Assembly: GCF_001447785.1 (NCBI RefSeq)
Contig: NW_015164671.1
Location: 157,098-221,097, forward strand
Length of the DNA: 64,000 nucleotides
Direction of reading: 5' to 3'
Source: Gekko japonicus
Taxonomy: Eukaryota
Shown piece after piece: positions 21,703 through 32,627 of the stretch. Each line of letters opens with the position of its first letter. The first letter of the stretch is position 1. The notes beneath the pieces are model-generated. The model was not told the DNA's origin. It did not search any database and saw only the letters and a list, made by a program, of their open reading frames with translations. Position numbers and translations under genes: made by a program.

Positions 21703-23550
21703 TGTTGTTGTTGTTGTTCAGTCGCACAGTCGAGTCCGACTCTTCGCGACCCCATGGACAATCTCCCGCCAGGCTCTCCTGTCTTCCGCCGTCCTCCGAA
21801 GTTGGCTCAATTTCATGTTCGTTGCATCGCTGACACTGTCTAACCATCTCATCCTTTGCCGTCCCCGTCTTCTTTGACCTTCAATCTTTCCCAGCATCAG
21901 GGTCTTTTCCAGTGAGTGCTCCCTTCTCATTTGGTGGCCAAAGTATTTGAGCTTCAGTTTCATTATCTGGCCTTCCAGGGAACAGTCAGGGTTGATTTCT
22001 TTGAGGATTGACTGATTTGTTCTTCTTGCAGTCCAAGGGACTCTCAAGAGTCTTCTCCAGCACCATAGTTCAAAAGAATCTATTCTTCGGCGCTCGGCCT
22101 TCCTTATAGTCCAACTCTCACAGCCATACATGACTACTGGGAATACCATTGCTTTGACCATGCGGACTTTTGTTGGCAGGGTGATGTCTCTACTTTTTAT
22201 CATGCTGTTTAGGTTCGCCATCGCTTTCCTCCCAAGGAGCAGGCGTCTTTTAATTTCATGGCTGCAGTCACAGTCTGCGGTGATCTGGGATCCCAGGAAC
22301 GTGAAGTCTGTCACTACTTCCACGACTTCCCCTTCTATTTGCCAAGGAGTGATGGGGCCGGATGCCATGATCTTAGTTTTTTTGATGTTGAGCTTCAAGC
22401 CCACTTTTGCGCTCTCCTCTTTTACTCTGAGCAAGAGGCTCTTTAGATCCTTTTCACTTTCAGCCATTAGAGTGGTATCATCTGCATATCTGAGGTTGTT
22501 GATCTTTTCCCCAGCAATCTTAATTCCCGCTTGTGATTCATCCAGGCCAGCATTTCGCATGATGTACTCTGCATATATATTAAATAAGCAAGGCGACAAT
22601 ATACATCCTTGTCGTACTCCTTTTCCTATGCTGAACCAATCAGTTGTTCCATATCCGGTTCTAACTGTCGCTTCTTGGCCCTTATACAGGTTTCTCAAGA
22701 GACATGTGAGGTGGTCTGGTACTCCCATCTCTTTAAGGACCTGCCATAGTTTGTTGTGATCCACACAGTCAAAGGCTTTAGCATAGTCAATGAAGCAGAA
22801 GTAGATATTTTTCTGGTACTCTCTTGCTTTCTCCATAATCCAGCGAATGTTGGCAATTTGATCTCTAGTTCCTCTACCTCTTCGAAACCCAGCTTGTACT
22901 TCTGGTAGTTCTCTATCCACGTACTGTTGAAGCCTAGCTTGTAGGATCTTGAGCATGACCTTGCTAGCGTGTGATATGAGTGCAATTGTGCGATAGTTTG
23001 AACATTCCTTGGCGTTGCCCTTCTTTGGGATTGGAATGTATACTGATCTTTTCCAATCCTGTGGCCACTGTTGCGTTTTCCAAATTTGCTGGCAAATGGA
23101 GTGCAGCACTTTAACAGCATCATCTTCTAAGACTTTGAATAGCTCAGCTGGAATACCATCACCTCCACTAGCTTTGTTGTTAGCAATGCTTTCTAAGGCC
23201 CATTTAACTTCACATTCCAGGATGTCTGGCTCGAGGTCAGCGATTATACCGTCGTGGTTGTCAAGGACATCGAGGTCTTTCTTGTATAGTTCTTCTGTGT
23301 ATTCTTGCCATCTTTTCCTAATCTCTTCTGCTTCTGTTAGGTCCCTACCGTTTTTGTCCTTTATCATGGCCAGCTTTGCATGGAACGCTCCCTTGATTTC
23401 TCCAACTTTCTTGAAGAGATCTCTAGTCCTTCCCATTCTATTGTTTTCTTCTATTACTTTGCACTGTTCATTCAGGAAGGCCTCCTTATCTCTCCTTGCT
23501 GTTCTCTGGAAATCTGCGTTCAGTTGGGTAAATCTTTCCTTTTCGCCTTT
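21703..23550 (-). mobile_element. RTE-BovB LINE, 5'-truncated copy 1
   Basis: (CAA)n tail at 21703-21718; similarity to copy 2 ends at 23550; TSD TTGTT(C/A)AAGGATGTTA (21671-21686, 23550-23565). Confidence 0.95.
21718..23436 (-). CDS. BovB reverse transcriptase (open 572-aa portion of a truncated ORF)
   Basis: Motifs KKGNAKECSNYRTIALISHASK, QAGFRRGRGTRDQIANIR, FIDYAKAFD, GVRQGCILSP, LRYADD, YGCESWT; no stops. Confidence 0.93.
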   Translation of the reverse strand: MGRTRDLFKKVGEIKGAFHAKLAMIKDKNGRDLTEAEEIRKRWQEYTEELYKKDLDVLDNHDGIIADLEPDILECEVKWALESIANNKASGGDGIPAELFKVLEDDAVKVLHSICQQIWKTQQWPQDWKRSVYIPIPKKGNAKECSNYRTIALISHASKVMLKILQARLQQYVDRELPEVQAGFRRGRGTRDQIANIRWIMEKAREYQKNIYFCFIDYAKAFDCVDHNKLWQVLKEMGVPDHLTCLLRNLYKGQEATVRTGYGTTDWFSIGKGVRQGCILSPCLFNIYAEYIMRNAGLDESQAGIKIAGEKINNLRYADDTTLMAESEKDLKSLLLRVKEESAKVGLKLNIKKTKIMASGPITPWQIEGEVVEVVTDFTFLGSQITADCDCSHEIKRRLLLGRKAMANLNSMIKSRDITLPTKVRMVKAMVFPVVMYGCESWTIRKAERRRIDSFELWCWRRLLRVPWTARRTNQSILKEINPDCSLEGQIMKLKLKYFGHQMRREHSLEKTLMLGKIEGQRRRGRQRMRWLDSVSDATNMKLSQLRRTAEDRRAWREIVHGVAKSRTRLCD

Positions 23551-23591
23551 TGTTAAAGGATGTTAAATGTGGAAAAACAACCCTTGTTTTT

Positions 23592-23784
23592 ACACATGAA
23601 CACATGAAGCTGCCTTACAGTGAATCAGACAACTGTCCATCAAGATCGGTATTGTCTAATGTCTACTCTGAATGGAAGCAGCTCTTCAGGGTCTTGGGCA
23701 AAGGTCTTTCCTATCACCTACTGCCTGGTTTATTCACTAGAAGTGCTGGGGATTGAACCTGGGACCTTCTGCGTACCAAGCAGA
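23592..23784 (-). mobile_element. Squam3-like tRNA-derived SINE (5'-truncated)
   Basis: Minus strand has B-box GGTTCAATCCC and the tail TCTGATTCACTGTAAGGCAGCTTCATGTGTTCATG. Confidence 0.78.
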
Positions 23785-24559
23785 TAAGAATGAGGGATTT
23801 ACACTGCTGGCATCAGTCTTAAGCCACTATACCTTACAGAGGAATTCACCTCTCTCTAGCCTTCATTCCTTTTTCTATTCTCTCTGCTGCCACCACAGTC
23901 CATTAATATGATCTGTTTTTTGATCTGAGACAGACTCTCTTAAAAGAGATAATAATGGTTTCCATCTCTCTGCTGACATGGCAGCAAGGATCAAAAACTC
24001 AGACGTCTCGCTAACTAGAGGTATTCCAAACTATGCAAGTTCTCTTTTATCTTGGAGAACATGAGCCCAAGGTATGGGGATCAGAAAAAAAGAAAGATTT
24101 ATCTTGAATAATCAACATATCTAATTTTCAAAAGGGCCAAATATGTGGATTTTAAAATCCAGATTGGAGCCATGAACAGCTCTTACTACAAATCTGAAAA
24201 ATATGCTCCAGGTTTGCAGGAAAAAATTGAAACCTTAAAAAAAAAAAAACACTGGGGGATTAACACCCCCCACACACACACATAATAAAAGCAGCACTTG
24301 TAGCTTTAAGAAATGAATGCCCTCAGTGCTCATTGCTAGGCAACCACAATATTATTGTCTGCCTTCAGACCTTGGTTTCTGTAAATAAAAGTCAGAGGGA
24401 GGGGACAAGGCCCTTTCCAGGGCTGTTTTGGCCTTTCCAGGAGGATTTGTTAGGGTAAAGCCCAGCAGCAATAACCTATGACTTGAATGACTCTCCAAGG
24501 ACTCGCTGCTTGTTACTGTTCAACAGCAGCCACCCTTTGAAAGCCACCCATTGAAAGCC

Positions 24560-25115
24560 ATTAGAGTTTCAGACTAAGATCTGAGAGATCTATGTTAAAA
24601 TTCCTACTCCACCATAGAAGCTCACTGAGTGATAAGTGGTAAGTCTAACTTACTGAGTGGTAAGTCTAACTTACCATTAGGGTTGCCAGGTCAACTTATC
24701 CTGTCAGCAGGGGGTAGGAGGCAACTTTCTGGGAGTAAGGTGGGTGAGGCGATGTTGCTGTGCGCAACATCATCAATGCAATGACAGCACATGGAAATGA
24801 TGTCATCATGCTGCAGACATCGCACAGCGATGCTCTAGCATTTGGGGCAAAACTCTATGGTAACCATCAGGTCGGTGATGTTGCCGCACAAGGAGGCTGT
24901 TTGGAGATGAGGCTTCCCCTGCTGGCCAGTTGGACAGAGGTGGGCTGGAGCCCCAAAAATCAGGGGAACTCATGCCCGGACTGGGGGTCTGGCAACCCTA
25001 CTTACAGTACAAGTTATGAGGACAAAATGGAGGAGAAGAAGATGCTGTAAGCTGTTCTGGGTCCTCATTGAGGATGAAGGTGGGGGTATAAATGAAGTAA
25101 ATAAATAATAAATAA
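24560..25115 (+). mobile_element. Old tRNA/L2-tailed SINE interrupted by a hAT MITE
   Basis: Head AGACTAAGATCTGAGAGA...CCATAGAAGCTCACTG; tail TGTAAGCTG...GGGGTATAAATGAAGTAAATAAATAA. Confidence 0.55.
24678..25000. mobile_element. hAT Blackjack-like MITE
   Basis: TAGGGTTGCCAG...CTGGCAACCCTA; core AAAACTCTATGG; TSD CTTACCAT / CTTACAGT (6/8). Confidence 0.8.
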
Positions 25116-26344
25116 AACCAAAGATGGGGGGTGATAAAAGATAAGTTGGTGGGTGGGTGGGAAGGAGAGAAGATGGAAGATGAGGATATGGGAACTGCCA
25201 GGAGGAAAGAAAGAGGAGATTGTGTGGGGAAGAGAATACAGAGTTTCCTACCTCAAGACCTTGCAGATTTCTCACTGTGCAACTGGGCCCAGCCCAAGGG
25301 TCCACACCACACAAGTAGACATTGACCAGTGGCCAGCACCACATAACTGGGCCATAGAGTCCCAGGTAAATGATGCCAAGAGAGAAGGAGGGAAAGCTGA
25401 AGACGGGGGGGGGGGCAGATAAAGGAAGGTTGGCTGACAGGTGGGAAGGAGAGAAGGAAGCAAGTAAAGGGTACTGGTGTTTTCAGGAATGGAAAAGAGA
25501 AAATAGTGGTGAAGGGGAAAGGAGATCCCCACCCCCTCAAGTCCTTGCAGGTCCTGTTGTACAACATAAAATTCATACACACACACACAAACCTCTGCAT
25601 GTTTTTAATTTCTGTATGCATTCCTCAGGATCAAAGTAAATGTGATAGTGTCCACAGGTCCACCGAGTCCAGCTGTTTTGGCACTTAAAAAAGCACCAGG
25701 GGTACAAGAGCACTTAATTTTCCTGCACTTTGGACTGGGATCAGGCCCTCATGGCATTTTAAAATCTCATTAGGGTTTGAAATGGTATTGTTGTCCATGG
25801 GTTGGACTTAGGGATCCCATCAAGTTGAGTTTGGCCTTTTATGAACACAACTAATAGTTAACCCTATACACCTACCTCAAAATATAACCTCTATTAAAAC
25901 TCATTTAGCTTACATTTCTATAAGGAACAAGTTCATACTTTGCTATGTTTTGCCAAGTTCAGAACTGAACATTACTATTTAGTCTAAAAACAAGGATTCT
26001 ATAAAGAAGAAACTGAGCAGAATATAAAGTAGAAGATTTTGCCAGTAGGGGAGAAAGAAAGAAAAAGAAAACATCTGGCATTCAGACATGTGTTCATCAA
26101 TAAGTCTAACCTACATCCTTGCCTGAAGGAATAGTGTTGAATTTAATCGCCCTAACCCAATATGGTGTCAACAGCAGGTCAAGTGAAGAATTTATTAGAA
26201 TATTGTGTCAATCTGACAAAGAAACTGTAGGGACATTAAACCTGAAGGTCTCTTTTTAAATACTCTACCTCAACACATTGCCTCTTTTACTGAAAATTCA
26301 GAGAACTTGGATTGGACATATTTCCAATATAAATATGGTGGAAG

Positions 26345-26550
26345 CAGTGTTCCCTCTAATCTGTGGAGTCTTGTGAGCAAAGATTCTACTTTCTGAGCTC
26401 CTGGCATTAAAGTTGTGAGTGAGCGATCTGGCCACTGCATAAATCAGTTTGCTCTGGATCCATCCTTCCTTAGCTAAGACAAAAATTTGTTCGCTAGAGG
26501 CTAAAAAACTGTGAGCTAGCTCACACTAACTCAGCTTAGAGGGAACACTG
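26345..26550. mobile_element. hAT MITE with CAGTGTTCCCTCTAA TIR
   Basis: 15-bp TIRs CAGTGTTCCCTCTAA / TTAGAGGGAACACTG; perfect 8-bp TSD GGTGGAAG. Confidence 0.93.
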
Positions 26551-27034
26551 GGTGGAAGTATGTCCAAATTCAAAAGTAAAATAAATTAGTTACAGTCAAA
26601 TTAATTTTTAAAGCCACCACTAAACATCTCTCTAGGTAGATGATGCCCCATGTGTAAACAGCATGTCATCTTCAAATTGCTGCTGATAGACTGAGATGGT
26701 TATCAAGTGGGAAGCATCGTATCATGCCTGTATTAAAACAATAGTTGATATGTTTCTGATCCCATTTCAAGGCCTTATCCCACAAAGCCTTAAATGGTCT
26801 GTGTCCAATGTACCTAAAGGAACACTGGTACTATATGAACTTTACTGACATTTATGATGGTCAGGAGAGGGTTCGGACCAAGATGCTAATTTCCTGAGAG
26901 GCAAGGTTGGCCTCTAAAGGAGCTAGATTTTGTAGCTGTCTGGAAGCTGGGCATATCCTCCTTCAGGTTTTTTAGCCTAATATCTGCTGAATTTCTATAG
27001 ATTGGTAAAATGTATGGAATTTAGGTAAAACATT

Positions 27035-27265
27035 TGAGTCCAGTGGCACCTTTAAGACCAAAGTTTAACTCTGGGTATAAGCTTTCATGTGCATGCACAC
27101 CCGTCTTCAGATACTTTGAAACAGACTTCCTCAAGCCTTACATATAGGTAGAAAGAGGGTGGGAGGGTTGGTTTACACTCAAAATTAAACTGTGCTGGTC
27201 TTAAAGGTGCCACTGGATTCAGACTTTGTTCTGTTGCTTCAGACCAACACAGCTACTCACCTGAA
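27035..27265. mobile_element. Penelope-like element pseudo-LTR pieces in inverted orientation
   Basis: 27035-27060 TGAGTCCAGTGGCACCTTTAAGACCA is inverted at 27196-27221; ends CAGACCAACACAGCTACTCACCTGAAT. Confidence 0.75.
27075..27114 (-). ncRNA. Minimal hammerhead ribozyme motif (Penelope type)
   Basis: Minus strand GTAT-CTGAAGA-CGG-GTGTGC AT GCACAT-GAAA-GCTTA-TAC: conserved CUGANGA and GAAA boxes, stem II, and palindromic stem III AAGCUU. Confidence 0.65.
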
Positions 27266-28028
27266 TGTTTTTAAGGTAGTCTTTGAAAACAGAGAATGAA
27301 TGATTGATTTTGTTGACATATTCAACTGACTGGTTTCCAATAACTCACACAATCGCACATATATGTGTGTGCCTATCTGAGTTTGTATATGTGTATATGT
27401 GTGTATGTGTGTGTTTAAAATATTTGATTACTTCCATTTTCCCACCACTTTCATATTTTCCATCTTTCCATCAGAAATTCAATAAATAATTAAACAAGCA
27501 AATTTTAAAAGTCTCTTCTCACTGAAGTTACTGAGCTCATTCACATGAATAAGCTATCGTTCTGAAGCAGATTGTGTCCAAGTGCTGATGATGCTGTGAT
27601 CTACATGTATGCTGTCCTGGGATCCTTAAAGGAAGGGCATAATAAAACGTACACAGATTAATAAACAAAGAACATACTTTACAGCGGAATGGAAATATAG
27701 CCTGTCAAATCGATAAGGTCTTAAGCAGAACAAAGGACCAGATTATTGAAGATTTTTAAAAACGTTCTATACAATTTCAGTTTTTTAGGTGAATATTGCC
27801 AGAAATTTTAACTCTAAAGAGCTTTTCCATATGTAATGCTTGAATTTTCTCTACATGTGCCTTGCATTTATTTTGTATGTGTCTGATCATTGTTAATGAA
27901 GAAGACACCCTGAAATCGACATTTGTATTGTGAATGGGCGTTCTCCCCAATGCAGGCTTTAAATCTGCATTACAATTTATAAATCAAATGAAGCAAGAAC
28001 TGACTAGGCTTCATAGGTGAAATGCTCT

Positions 28029-28119
28029 AACACTGCTATCCTAAACAGAGTTATACCCCTCTAAGCCCATTAAATTGAATGGATTCCAAAGGGTATAATT
28101 CTGTTTAGGATTATACTGT
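28029..28119. mobile_element. Short palindromic MITE (same family as 20241-20314)
   Basis: AACACTGCTATCCTAAACAGAGTTATACCC...GGGTATAATTCTGTTTAGGATTATACTGTT. Confidence 0.72.
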
Positions 28120-28505
28120 TAATGTCTAAATGGAGCCTAGCTCACACGAGTAAATGTTATCCCATCAAAGTAATTCTATAAATCAACAACAAATCATCTC
28201 ATGATTGAGCTATATACTCATGCAAAAAGAAGATATTGAAAAATGGATTACAAGATCAAAACAGGCTGGATGAAACAGAACCCTTGAAAAGCTATAATTC
28301 CTCTATTTTACTAACACAAACCTTTAACAGGGTAAACACAGCCTAATAGATTACATAGGCAGTTGTCTAGGGCAGGAAAATTATAGGTGGACCAGGATTA
28401 TCCAAAATATCATAATATATTATGGTACAGCAGGAGTGGGAAAATATATCACCACCAACAGTCTTAATCTTATATAAAAACCTCCCCTCCCCAAGAAATC
28501 CTGGC

Positions 28506-28687
28506 CAGGGCTCTACTGGTAGCAGGAACAACTTTGCATATCAGGCCACACACCCCTAGTGTAGCCAATCCTCCAAGAGTTTACAGAGCTCTTCTTACTG
28601 GGGCTACTGTAAGCTCTTGGAGGATTGGGTACACTAGGGGTGTGTGGCCTAATATGCAAAGGAGCTCCTGCTACCAGTAGAGCCCTG
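28506..28687. mobile_element. Near-perfect palindromic MITE
   Basis: CAGGGCTCTACTGGTAGCAGGA...GGCCACACACCCCTAGTGTA.CCAATCCTCCAAGAG mirrored through to ...TACCAGTAGAGCCCTG; no clear TSD. Confidence 0.85.
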
Positions 28688-28959
28688 CATGACCCAAAAC
28701 GAAACACATTAGAGCATACACAGGTTGGATTTACATCCCTGCCCCATGTTAGATGTAACACACATGAGCTGTGAGGTTTCATTAATTTCTTGATGTGCAG
28801 TGCCTGACTGTAGTAAAGGACTGTAGTACAAGTGGAGAAGGGACTTCAGTCTTTTCCCTTGTGCCATTTTCCAAGCCTGAAACAGTCCTAGTAGGATGCC
28901 ATTGGGTCAGGTGGACAAACTCAAATGTATCCCAGAGAACACATGTGTTTTCCCAACTT

Positions 28960-31673
28960 TTGTTGTTGTTGTTGTTCAGTCGCACAGTCGAGTCCGACTC
29001 TTCGCGACCCCATGGACGAGCTCTCTCCAGGCCTTCCGGTCTTCTGCCGTCCTCTGAAGTTGGCTCAACTTCATGTTCGTTGCATCGATGACACTGTCTA
29101 ACCATCTCATCCTTTGCCGTCCCCGTCTTCTTTGACCTTCAATCTTTCCAAGCATCAGGGTCTTCTCCAGTGAGTGCTCCCTTCTCATTTGGTGGCCAAA
29201 GTATTTGAGCTTCAGTTTCATTATCTGGCCTTCCAGGGAACAGTCAGGGTTGATTTCTTTGAGGATTGACTGATTTGTTCTTCTTGCAGTCCAAGGGACT
29301 CTCAAGAGTCTCCTCCAGCACCATAGTTCAAAAGAATCTATTCTTCGGCGCTCGGCCTTCCTTATAGTCCAGCTCTCGCAGCCATACATGACTACTGGGA
29401 ATACCATTGCTTTGACCATGCGGACTTTTGTTGGCAGGGTGATGTCTCTACTTTTTATCATGCTGTTTAGGTTCGCCATCGCTTTCCTCCCAAGGAGCAG
29501 GCGTCTTTTAATTTCATGGCTGCAGTCACAGTCTGCGGTGATCTGGGATCCCAGGAACGTGAAGTCTGTCACTACTTCCACAGCTTCCCCTTCTATTTGC
29601 CAAGGAGTGATGGGGCCGGATGCCATGATCTTAGTTTTTTTGATGTTGAGCTTCAAGCCCACTTTTGCGCTCTCCTCTTTTACTCTGAGCAAGAGGTTCT
29701 TTAGATCCTCTTCACTTTCAGCCATTAGAGTGGTATCATCTGCATATCTGAGGTTGTTGATCTTTTCCCCAGCAATCTTAATTCCCGCTTGTGATTCATC
29801 CAGGCCAGCATTTCGCATGATGTACTCTGCATATATATTAAATAAGCAAGGTGACAGTATACATCCTTGTCGTACTCCTTTTCCTATGCTGAACCAATCA
29901 GTTGTTCCGTATCCGGTTCTAACTGTCGCTTCTTGGCCCTTATACAGGTTTCTCAAGAGACATGTGAGGTGGTCTGGTACTCCCATCTCTTTAAGGACCT
30001 GCCATAGTTTGTTGTGATCCACACAGTCAAAGGCTTTAGCATAGTCAATGAAGCAGAAGTAGATATTTTTCTGGTACTCTCTTGCTTTCTCCATAATCCA
30101 GCGAATGTTGGCAATATGATCTCTCGTTCCTCTACCTCTTCGAAACCCAGCTTGTACTTCTGGTAGTTCTCTATCCACGTACTGTTGAAGCCTAGCTTGT
30201 AGGATCTTGAGCATGACCTTGCTAGCGTGTGATATGAGTGCAATTGTGCGATAGTTTGAACATTCCTTGGCATTGCCCTTCTTTGGGATTGGAATGTATA
30301 CTGATCTTTTCCAATCCTGTGGCCACTGTTGCGTTTTCCAAATTTGCTGGCAAATGGAGTGCAGAACTTTAACAGCATCCTCTTCTAAGACTTTGAATAG
30401 CTCAGCTGGGATACCATCACCTCCACTAGCTTTGTTGTTAGTAATGCTTTCTAAGGCCCATTTAACTTCACATTCCAGGATGTCTGGCTCAAGGTCAGTG
30501 ATTATACCGTCGTGTTTGTCAAGGACATTGAGGTCTTTCTTGTATAGTTCTTCTGTGTATTCTTGCCATCTTTTCCTAATCTCTTCTGCTTCTGTTAGGT
30601 CCCTACCGTTTTTGTCCTTTATCATGGCCAGCTTTGCATGGAACGCTCCCTTGATTTCTCCAATTTTCTTGAAGAGATCTCTAGTCCTTCCCATTCTATT
30701 GTTTTCTTCTATTACTTTGCACTGTTCATTCAGGAAGGCCTCCTTATCTCTCCTTGCTGTTCTCTGGAAATCTGCGTTCAGTTGGGTAAATCTTTCCTTT
30801 TCGCCTTTGCCTTTCGCTTTCCTTCTTTCCTCTGCTATTTGTAAAGCCTCATCAGAAAGCCACTTTGCTTTCTTACATTTCTTTTTCTTTGGGATGGTGG
30901 TGATTGCTGCCTCCTGTACGATGTCACGAACCTCTGTCCATAGTTCTTCAGGCACTCTATCTATCAAATCCAGACCCTTGAATCTATTCTTCACCTCTAC
31001 TGTATATTCATCAGGGATGCGATCTAGGTCAAACCTGAATGGCCTCGTGGTTTTCCCAATTTTCTTCAGTTTAAGTCTGAATTTTGCAATGAGTAGCTCA
31101 TGATCTGAACCACAGTCAGCTCCAGGTCTTGTTTTTACTGACTGAATAGAGCTTCTCCATCTTTGACTGCAAATTATATAGTCAATCTGATTTCGGTGTT
31201 GCCCATCTGGTGATGTCCATGTGTATTTTGGTGTTAGTCCTAGGAGGTGTTGTAGGTCTTCATAGAACCGGTCCACTTCAGCCTCTTCTGCATCAGTGGT
31301 TGGGGCATAGACTTGGATTACTGTGATGTTGAATGGTTTGCCTTGGAATCGGACAGAAATCATTCCGTCATTTTTGAGATTGTATCCCAGTACTGCCTTT
31401 TGCACTCTCTTGTTGACTATAAAGGCCACACCATTTTTTCTACGAGATTCCTGGCCACAGTAGTAGATATAATGGTCTTCTGAGTTAAATTCGCCCATTC
31501 CTGTCCACTTTAGTTCACTGATTCCTAGGATATCGATGTTCAGTCTTGCCATCTCATTTTTGACCACGTCAAGCTTACCTTGATTCATAGATCTTACATT
31601 CCAGGTTCCTATGCAGTATTGTTCTTTGCAGCATCGGACTTTCCTTTCACCATCAGACACATCCACAACTGAG
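28960..31673 (-). mobile_element. RTE-BovB LINE copy 2 (near-complete ORF, internal deletion)
   Basis: (CAA)n tail at 28960-28976; BovB-like 5' region GTTGTGGATGTGTCTGATGGTGAAAGGAAAGTCCGATGCTG; nearly identical to copy 1. Confidence 0.95.
28976..31666 (-). CDS. BovB APE endonuclease (internally deleted) plus reverse transcriptase, 896 aa
   Basis: APE motifs IGTWNVRSM, ILGISEL, QVYAPT, YTWTSPDG..RNQIDY and GSDH; complete RT with YADD; the GDWNA segment is missing at 31225/31226. Confidence 0.92.
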   Translation of the reverse strand: MDVSDGERKVRCCKEQYCIGTWNVRSMNQGKLDVVKNEMARLNIDILGISELKWTGMGEFNSEDHYIYYCGQESRRKNGVAFIVNKRVQKAVLGYNLKNDGMISVRFQGKPFNITVIQVYAPTTDAEEAEVDRFYEDLQHLLGLTPKYTWTSPDGQHRNQIDYIICSQRWRSSIQSVKTRPGADCGSDHELLIAKFRLKLKKIGKTTRPFRFDLDRIPDEYTVEVKNRFKGLDLIDRVPEELWTEVRDIVQEAAITTIPKKKKCKKAKWLSDEALQIAEERRKAKGKGEKERFTQLNADFQRTARRDKEAFLNEQCKVIEENNRMGRTRDLFKKIGEIKGAFHAKLAMIKDKNGRDLTEAEEIRKRWQEYTEELYKKDLNVLDKHDGIITDLEPDILECEVKWALESITNNKASGGDGIPAELFKVLEEDAVKVLHSICQQIWKTQQWPQDWKRSVYIPIPKKGNAKECSNYRTIALISHASKVMLKILQARLQQYVDRELPEVQAGFRRGRGTRDHIANIRWIMEKAREYQKNIYFCFIDYAKAFDCVDHNKLWQVLKEMGVPDHLTCLLRNLYKGQEATVRTGYGTTDWFSIGKGVRQGCILSPCLFNIYAEYIMRNAGLDESQAGIKIAGEKINNLRYADDTTLMAESEEDLKNLLLRVKEESAKVGLKLNIKKTKIMASGPITPWQIEGEAVEVVTDFTFLGSQITADCDCSHEIKRRLLLGRKAMANLNSMIKSRDITLPTKVRMVKAMVFPVVMYGCESWTIRKAERRRIDSFELWCWRRLLRVPWTARRTNQSILKEINPDCSLEGQIMKLKLKYFGHQMRREHSLEKTLMLGKIEGQRRRGRQRMRWLDSVIDATNMKLSQLQRTAEDRKAWRELVHGVAKSRTRLCD

Positions 31674-32627
31674 GATGGCTGAAGCCCCTGCTTATATGCA
31701 CCACAGTCCTGATCCTATTTGGCATCACCCACTCAGGGATTAAGAAAAATCCACAACAACACATATGTAAGAGTGTTATAATGCTTGACACAGAATGAGG
31801 ACACAGACCCAAGTTATGCATTCCATAATGCACGATCTAAGAAAAACTGCTACCAGCAGTGGCTCCATCTGTGTACCACAACATCACTGACAGAAAGCTT
31901 GTTCTTTGGTTTGATACCTCGGATAGTTTTACTTGTCACCAAAGTCCCTGAACCCAGACAGGTTCAGATGTAAAGCATGACACAATTAATCCTGTGAGCT
32001 GTGAACACAGCCACAACTATTTTCAATATCCATCAGAAAGAGCAAAGATACCAATAGAATTAAGATATAGCAAAATTCTGAAAATGGAAGCTTCTATTTA
32101 AGAGATCATCTTCCTGTCCAGTTTCCTTAATCAAATTATTAAAAGCAGTATAAATACTATATGACCCTTACGAAAAATATTTTGGAAATATTCCTAGAGG
32201 GAATGGTTGGTTTGGAGGGTGGAGTCTATGGCTTTGTACCTGTCTGAGGTCCCACGCCTCCTGAAACCTCACCCTCTCCAGGCTCCATCCTTCACATCTC
32301 CAGGAATTTCCCACCTGGAGTTGGCAACCCTATCTCCTTTCCAGCCAATCATCAACCTACCTTTATTTCCTCCTCACTCTTCAGCTTTCCACCCCCCACA
32401 CTCCTGCAGCCTCTCCCGTGCTCTGAAGCCCTGACTGCTACGCCGCATTGGCTGTCATACAGGGGCCACCTCAGCAGCATATAAGGATACAGAGCCCACC
32501 ATTTTCTCCAGGGGAACTGATCTCTGCCATCTGGAAAGCAGTTGTATTTCTGAGTGATCTCCAGCCCTCACCTGGGGATTGGACACATTTTACCTCAGAA
32601 CAGCAAAATGTTTAGAATGTTAGAAGT

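Noticed and set aside
22130-23566. Plus-strand ORFs of 209 and 185 aa (and 209 and 278 aa at 29388-31103)
   Set aside because: They are antisense shadows of the BovB RT ORF, duplicated in both copies, with no independent domain.
28490-28700. TSD for the 28506-28687 palindrome
   Set aside because: The best 8-bp flank match is only 5/8, so no superfamily was assigned.
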